Below are positions 6,282 through 10,422 of a stretch of DNA of 10,422 nt, piece after piece. A model generated the notes under the pieces. It made no database searches, was not told the DNA's origin, and saw only the letters and a program-made list of their open reading frames with translations. The number at the start of each line of letters is the position of its first letter. Position 1 is the first letter of the stretch. The position numbers and the translations under genes were made by a program. The stretch spans positions 30,001 through 40,422 of the forward strand of contig JACATA010000007.1 of assembly GCA_013390375.1 (NCBI GenBank), written 5' to 3'. The stretch comes from Marine Group I thaumarchaeote. Its GTDB lineage: Archaea; Thermoproteota; Nitrososphaeria; Nitrososphaerales; Nitrosopumilaceae.

Positions 6282-6413
6282 TTATGGCATTTCTAATATT
6301 TCGTTTGCACAATGCTTGTGTACCCAATTCTCATCTTCATTTTTCACAATTTCTTTTCCTTTTTGTATAATTGCATCACAAACACTACATTTTGTTGAAA
6401 ATCTTGCCTTCAT
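6282..6413 (-). CDS. candidate 43-aa CCHC zinc-finger micro-protein (not in the ORF track)
   Basis: ATG 6411-6413, TAA 6282-6284. Translation is MKARFSTKCSVCDAIIQKGKEIVKNEDENWVHKHCANEILEMP, with ligand pattern C9-x2-C12-x19-H32-x2-C35 and W30 just before the His. The antisense alternative (28 aa, MAFLIFRLHNACVP...) has no motif. No well-spaced TATA box was found, which weakens the call. Confidence 0.5.
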   Translation of the reverse strand: MKARFSTKCSVCDAIIQKGKEIVKNEDENWVHKHCANEILEMP

Positions 6414-6471
6414 GATTAATTATATAATAAAATGACTAAAAAGATGATTATTCAATATGTGTAAACCGTTG

Positions 6472-6497
6472 ATTGACTGAAATTCGATTAATTGACT
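6472..6497. repeat. direct repeat of ATTGACT (6472-6478 and 6491-6497, 19 bp apart), each preceded by GATT
   Basis: Read directly: cgttGATTGACTgaaattcGATTAATTGACTat. A related ATGACT occurs at 6432-6437. GATTAATT occurs at both 6414-6421 and 6486-6493. It lies in the largest non-coding gap of the window. Confidence 0.3.
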
Positions 6498-6560
6498 ATA
6501 AGCAGACGTAAAGGATCAAATTTTTTGAGCATTTAGGTAAAGCAAAAGAGGCAAACTTGG

Positions 6561-6572
6561 TATTATAATATA
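6561..6572 (+). promoter_or_regulatory. TATA-like box TATTATAATATA
   Basis: Centred about 24-25 nt upstream of the ATG at 6591, consistent with a leaderless transcript for the small plus-strand ORF. Confidence 0.3.
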
Positions 6573-6590
6573 ATTTTGATAATCACTGAA

Positions 6591-6722
6591 ATGATGCCAA
6601 CGGAATCTAATGAATTTTGGAACGATGCTCACAAGTATGCATTTACTACAGGTGAAGAAAGCTTTGTTAGTGAAATTGCATATATTATGACTACATTGCA
6701 CGAAGAAGGTTATGATAATTAG
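6591..6722 (+). CDS. candidate 43-aa acidic micro-protein (not in the ORF track)
   Basis: ATGATG start and TAG stop at 6720-6722. Translation is MMPTESNEFWNDAHKYAFTTGEESFVSEIAYIMTTLHEEGYDN. The composition looks like a soluble protein and a TATA-like box sits at about -25. It competes with the antisense 61-aa track ORF (6516-6701), which is Cys/Phe/Ile-rich and looks like a shadow frame. Neither is proven. Confidence 0.35.
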   Translation: MMPTESNEFWNDAHKYAFTTGEESFVSEIAYIMTTLHEEGYDN

Positions 6723-7261
6723 CTGCTAGAAACTTTTCGTGCTAATGTTAAAGTTTCGTCTACTAGTTGATTTAGTCTAGAATTCACATCTTTCTTGATT
6801 ATTTCACCATTATGTACTGTATCAGCTGTAACAAATACAGCCCTTGGATTTGTGATGACATTGAAATAAGACATTAGCTGAGTTAGCAGAGTCTGAACAT
6901 CCGCAAAACCACTATTGCCAGATGCGACAATAACTAGTCCAGCTGTTTTTCCTGCTGTTTTTTTGTAATCAATGTACTCAAACAGATTTTTCAATGCTGA
7001 GCTAAAAAATGAGTTATAAATTGGCGTTCCAAGAATCCAGACATCGGCTTCAGTAATATTCTTGATTGCCTGTTTAGTAGTATCACTAAATGTTCCATCA
7101 CCAGTATAGTAATCAATTCCGCCTTCTGAAAGGTTGATGAATTTTACTTCTAAGGGAGATATTCCTGCATCATTATCTAATATGTATTCAGCCACATATT
7201 TCATGATAGTCTGAGTTTTACCAATTTTTCTTGGGCTTGCGGAGATTACAACAACCTTCAT
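6719..7261 (-). CDS. NAD(P)H-dependent FMN reductase family flavoprotein
   Basis: 180 aa. 'MKVVVISASPRKIGKTQTI' is the flavodoxin-like phosphate-binding start of the FMN_red family, followed by 'WILGTPIYNSFFSSALKNLFEY' (the xTPxYN motif). ATG 7259-7261. Confidence 0.85.
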   Translation of the reverse strand: MKVVVISASPRKIGKTQTIMKYVAEYILDNDAGISPLEVKFINLSEGGIDYYTGDGTFSDTTKQAIKNITEADVWILGTPIYNSFFSSALKNLFEYIDYKKTAGKTAGLVIVASGNSGFADVQTLLTQLMSYFNVITNPRAVFVTADTVHNGEIIKKDVNSRLNQLVDETLTLARKVSSS

Positions 7262-7282
7262 ATGAGAATTTTTTTCACAGTG

Positions 7283-7292
7283 TATTTAAATT
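7283..7292 (-). promoter_or_regulatory. TATA box (AATTTAAATA on the minus strand) for the FMN reductase gene
   Basis: This is the best TATA-like element in the 34-bp divergent spacer. It is centred about 26 nt upstream of the minus-strand ATG (7261) but only about 8 nt from the plus-strand AKR ATG, so it fits the minus gene as a leaderless transcript. Confidence 0.35.
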
Positions 7293-7295
7293 AAA

Positions 7296-8402
7296 ATGAT
7301 TACTGGATATGCTACACCTGAAGGAACAAAAAAGTTTGCAGATAGGCAACAAGTAGCTTCACAACAAAATTACAAAAACATTCACAATCTTACGTTATCG
7401 AATGTGGGTGTCGGTACTTATCTTGGAAATCCAGATACTGAAACAGATAAACTAGTTGAGGAAGCCATTAAAAAATCGGTTCTTGGTGGAATCAATGTCA
7501 TAGATACTGCAATCAATTATCGTGCCCAAAAAGCGGAACGCTCTATGAGAAATGCGATATCACAATTAATTAATAATAATGATATTTCTAGAGAAGAGAT
7601 TTTTGTTAGCACAAAAAATGGATATGTTACAAATGATGGCGATATTCAGGAGGATCTAATGCAATATGTAATGCGAGAATATGGCAAAACTGGAATTGTA
7701 AACGAAGGTGATATTTCGCCAGGATATCATTGCATGACTTTGCCATATCTGAATGACCAACTGGAAAGAAGTCTGAAAAATCTTGGATTGGAATGTATTG
7801 ATCTTATGTATCTGCACAATTCTGTGGAAGGGCAAACCCATCTTCCTAGAGATCAATTTTTAAAAAATCTCAAAGAAGTGTTTGATTTTTATGAAAAAAA
7901 GCGAAAAGACGGAAAGATTAGATTCTATGGTATGGCAACATGGGAATGCTTTAGGACAACCCCGGAAAATCCTTTATTTTTGGAGTTAGCAGAAGTAATG
8001 GATCTTGCCATACAAGCAGGAGGAAATGAACATGGATTTCGGTTTATACAATTACCATTTAACCTGATGTTAGATCAGGCATACATGATAAAAAATCATG
8101 GCGTAGATGGAAAAACTGTTTCTGCACTAGAGGCTGCACAGAAATTTAATCTTGGTGTATTTACAAGCGTGCCATTAATGCAGGGTAAATTATTAACAGC
8201 AAATATTATCCCAGAATTTGGAAATTCTAGTGTATCTGTTCGTCTATTACAGTTTGTTAGGTCTACTCCTGGAATAACTGCTCCTTTGATTGGTCACAAG
8301 TCAGAGTCTCATGTAAAAGAAAACATGGATATAATGAAAATCCCTCCATTATCAGAATTAGAGTTTAATGATCTACTAAAAAAGATGATTAACAAAAATT
8401 AG
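7296..8402 (+). CDS. aldo/keto reductase family oxidoreductase
   Basis: 368 aa. The AKR catalytic tetrad context is visible: 'VIDTAINY' (Asp, Tyr), 'FVSTKNGY' (Lys) and 'DLMYLHNS' (His). The C-terminal 'APLIGHKSESHVKENM' block is also typical. Confidence 0.9.
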   Translation: MITGYATPEGTKKFADRQQVASQQNYKNIHNLTLSNVGVGTYLGNPDTETDKLVEEAIKKSVLGGINVIDTAINYRAQKAERSMRNAISQLINNNDISREEIFVSTKNGYVTNDGDIQEDLMQYVMREYGKTGIVNEGDISPGYHCMTLPYLNDQLERSLKNLGLECIDLMYLHNSVEGQTHLPRDQFLKNLKEVFDFYEKKRKDGKIRFYGMATWECFRTTPENPLFLELAEVMDLAIQAGGNEHGFRFIQLPFNLMLDQAYMIKNHGVDGKTVSALEAAQKFNLGVFTSVPLMQGKLLTANIIPEFGNSSVSVRLLQFVRSTPGITAPLIGHKSESHVKENMDIMKIPPLSELEFNDLLKKMINKN

Positions 8403-8422
8403 TTAGATTAAGAATTCTATTT

Positions 8423-10422
8423 TTACTCTTTATCGATAAATTCGTTAGCTTTTGGAGGTTCGGGACTCAAGCCTTTTCTTTTTCTAATCTCTGGTACTAG
8501 TTCGCCAACAAGTGATTTTGGAATTGGTGACCATGATTTAAAGAAAGTATTCCAGATTGCCTTTCCAGCTGTTTGACCACGCATTACCTGAGAAAGGTCA
8601 AATGTTTCAGAGGCAGGAACCTCTCCTATAACAATACTAAGAATTCCCTTTTGCTGCATGTCAAGAACCTTACCACGTTTACCAGAAAGAACACTTGCAA
8701 CATTTCCAACCAGATCCTGTGGAACTCTCACTTCAATTCCAAGTATTGGTTCTAGTATTACCGGATTGGCCAGTAATGTGCTTCCAAGACATGCTCTCCT
8801 GGATGCAGGTCCCAGTTGTGAGAGACCTCTATGTGCAGTATCTTCGTGTGGTACAAAATGAGTAAAAATAAACTTGCAATCTCTCATTTGTTCTCTAGCA
8901 AGTGGACCTTCTTTCATCACATCATCAAATCCAGAAAGTATAGAATCAGATGATTCGTCTATAAACTGAACACCTTTTGTTCCATTAATCATTATATTTC
9001 CACGAGAATCAAACCTCATTACTTTCTTAGCAACATCAGCATCCCAACCGTGCTCACGAAGTATTTTTGTCATTTCTTTTTTATCTTTCATCTCACCTAA
9101 TTCTCCAGTTCTACACATCTCAGCAATTTCTGGTTCTAATGGTTCAACTCTCATAAAGATCTTGTTGTGTCTGTTTGGAGATTTTGCCATTATTGGTTCA
9201 GTAGGTTGTGATACTGTTTCTCGATAGTTTATCAAGGGTTCGGATGTTATGAGTTCGAGACCAGATTCCTTAATTTGATTTGTTGCAATATCAAGATGTA
9301 GTACGCCCATTCCAGACATGATGGTTTCTCCACTTTCTTCATTAATTTTAATAACCAGATTTGGGTCTTCGATTGTTAATCGTCTAAGAATTTCAATCAA
9401 CCTTGGAAGATCCTTAGGGTGTTTTGGTTCTATAGCCATCTGGACAACTGGTTCTGAAACATATTTGATGGTTTCAAATACTTGTATTCCCTTAACTGTT
9501 GACAAAGTTTGTCCAGCTCTAGCCTCACCTAAACCAAGAAGTGCGGGTATGTTTCCAGCAGAAAGTTCACCCACCATCTCCCTTTGATTTCCCATAAAGA
9601 AATTAACAGATTGAATTCTTCCTTCGCGATGGGTATCAATTAGATGAACAGACTGACCGTCTTTTAGTGTGCCAGAAAATAATCTTCCAATTGCCACAGG
9701 GCCAGCGGCAGGATCGATTTGCATGTTAACAATCATCATTACAGCGGGCCCGTTTTCATCACAATTCAGAATTGCTTTTCCAATATCAGAATCAAGGTCA
9801 CCTTTCCAAATCTTTGGCACTCTGTATTTTTGTGCAACATGTGGTGGTGGATGATGTTTGACAACCATTCCCAAGATTGCCGCTGCAAGTGGTACTTTTT
9901 CTGCCAATGCTTCTACATTTCCATCATCTGAATATGCAGTAAAAACATCCTTGAATGAAACACCTTTTTTATTCATAATATCAATATTAATTCCCCATTT
10001 GTCCTTTGCAGAACCAAATGATACACTGCCATCTTGAATTGAAACTTTCCATTTCTCCCTATATTCAGGCTCAGCATATGTATCAATTAATGAATTAAAG
10101 TTAGATACTACACTTGCAAGTTTTTCTTGCATTTCTTCTGGTTCAAGTCTGAGTTCTTTTATCAAACGATCAATCTTATTAATATACAAAACAGGTTTGA
10201 CTCTTTCCTCTAATGCCATTCTTGTCACAGTCTCAGTTTGTGTCATTATTCCTTCTACTGCATCACAGACTACAACTGCACCGTCTATTGCACGAAGACT
10301 ACGAATTACCCTACCAGAAAAATCAATATGGCCAGGCGTATCAATCATATTAATGACATATTCTTCATCATCTTGTTTGTAATGCAAGGTAATATTAGCC
10401 TGAACAATAGTAATTCCTCTCT
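8423..10422 (-). CDS. fusA: translation elongation factor 2 (aEF-2), 5'-truncated by the window edge
   Basis: The frame stays open to base 10422 (RGITIVQANITLHYKQDDEEY...), and the track 'start' at 10387 is an internal TTG (Leu). G3 'DTPGHIDF', G4 'NKIDR' and the diphthamide-site context 'HEDTAHRG' are present. 665 residues are visible. About 65-70 N-terminal residues, including the P-loop, lie outside the window. Confidence 0.95.
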   Translation of the reverse strand, partial: RGITIVQANITLHYKQDDEEYVINMIDTPGHIDFSGRVIRSLRAIDGAVVVCDAVEGIMTQTETVTRMALEERVKPVLYINKIDRLIKELRLEPEEMQEKLASVVSNFNSLIDTYAEPEYREKWKVSIQDGSVSFGSAKDKWGINIDIMNKKGVSFKDVFTAYSDDGNVEALAEKVPLAAAILGMVVKHHPPPHVAQKYRVPKIWKGDLDSDIGKAILNCDENGPAVMMIVNMQIDPAAGPVAIGRLFSGTLKDGQSVHLIDTHREGRIQSVNFFMGNQREMVGELSAGNIPALLGLGEARAGQTLSTVKGIQVFETIKYVSEPVVQMAIEPKHPKDLPRLIEILRRLTIEDPNLVIKINEESGETIMSGMGVLHLDIATNQIKESGLELITSEPLINYRETVSQPTEPIMAKSPNRHNKIFMRVEPLEPEIAEMCRTGELGEMKDKKEMTKILREHGWDADVAKKVMRFDSRGNIMINGTKGVQFIDESSDSILSGFDDVMKEGPLAREQMRDCKFIFTHFVPHEDTAHRGLSQLGPASRRACLGSTLLANPVILEPILGIEVRVPQDLVGNVASVLSGKRGKVLDMQQKGILSIVIGEVPASETFDLSQVMRGQTAGKAIWNTFFKSWSPIPKSLVGELVPEIRKRKGLSPEPPKANEFIDKE

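Noticed and set aside
6516-6701. 61-aa minus-strand track ORF (MQCSHNICNFTNKAFF...)
   Set aside because: It is Cys/Phe/Ile-rich and low in charge, with no motif. It is antisense to a more protein-like 43-aa acidic ORF that has a TATA-like box at -25. I did not call it, though neither frame is proven.
7656-7856. 66-aa minus-strand ORF inside the aldo/keto reductase gene
   Set aside because: It is antisense to a well-supported CDS with its catalytic tetrad visible, and it has no independent support.
8573-10382. Six plus-strand ORFs of 60-89 aa (8573-8755, 8658-8861, 9318-9587, 9669-9854, 9719-9931, 10197-10382) inside EF-2
   Set aside because: All are antisense to the highly conserved EF-2 gene, and some overlap each other. 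The somewhat higher G+C and strong codon bias of this gene suppress antisense stops.
10385-10387. TTG 'start codons' in the ORF track (79-81, 5346-5348, 6236-6238, 10385-10387)
   Set aside because: At 79 and 10385 the frames stay open to the window edges, and the flanking residues continue recognisable protein sequence (RGITIVQANITL-HY in EF-2). At 5346 and 6236, ATG codons follow within 4-8 codons with better-spaced A/T boxes.
8423-10422. Possible intein or insertion in EF-2
   Set aside because: The 665 visible residues plus the expected ~65-70 missing N-terminal residues give a normal archaeal EF-2 length of about 730 aa, and the motifs are contiguous.

Overview
This is a visibly A+T-rich, densely packed archaeal chromosome segment. 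PurP, an archaeal EF-2 with the diphthamide His context, tatC-tatA, very short spacers and A/T boxes about 25 nt upstream of start codons suggest an ammonia-oxidising thaumarchaeon (Nitrosopumilales-like). That assignment is inference only, since no search was possible. I support 13 substantial CDSs, two of them cut by the window edges, plus three candidate micro-ORFs (40-43 aa) that fall below the ORF-track cutoff. The flanks are housekeeping: a truncated unknown gene, tatC, tatA, ubiX and purP on the left; an FMN reductase, an aldo/keto reductase and EF-2 on the right. The centre (about 3.26-6.72 kb) holds the poorly characterised genes. These are a DUF151-type bifunctional-nuclease-domain protein divergent from a 6-TM protein with CC and intramembrane CPTC motifs, then a minus-strand run of a RebM/EryG-like SAM methyltransferase, a 126-aa Roadblock-like protein and a 95-aa PIN-like (DUF5615/Mut7-C-like) mini-nuclease, then a 43-aa CCHC zinc-finger micro-ORF and a 177-bp spacer with short repeats. 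I saw no rRNA, tRNA, CRISPR array, transposase, integrase or terminal repeats, and no canonical defence system. The best candidate for something undescribed is the nuclease-containing central cluster, but the evidence is domain and motif reading only and needs searches to confirm.
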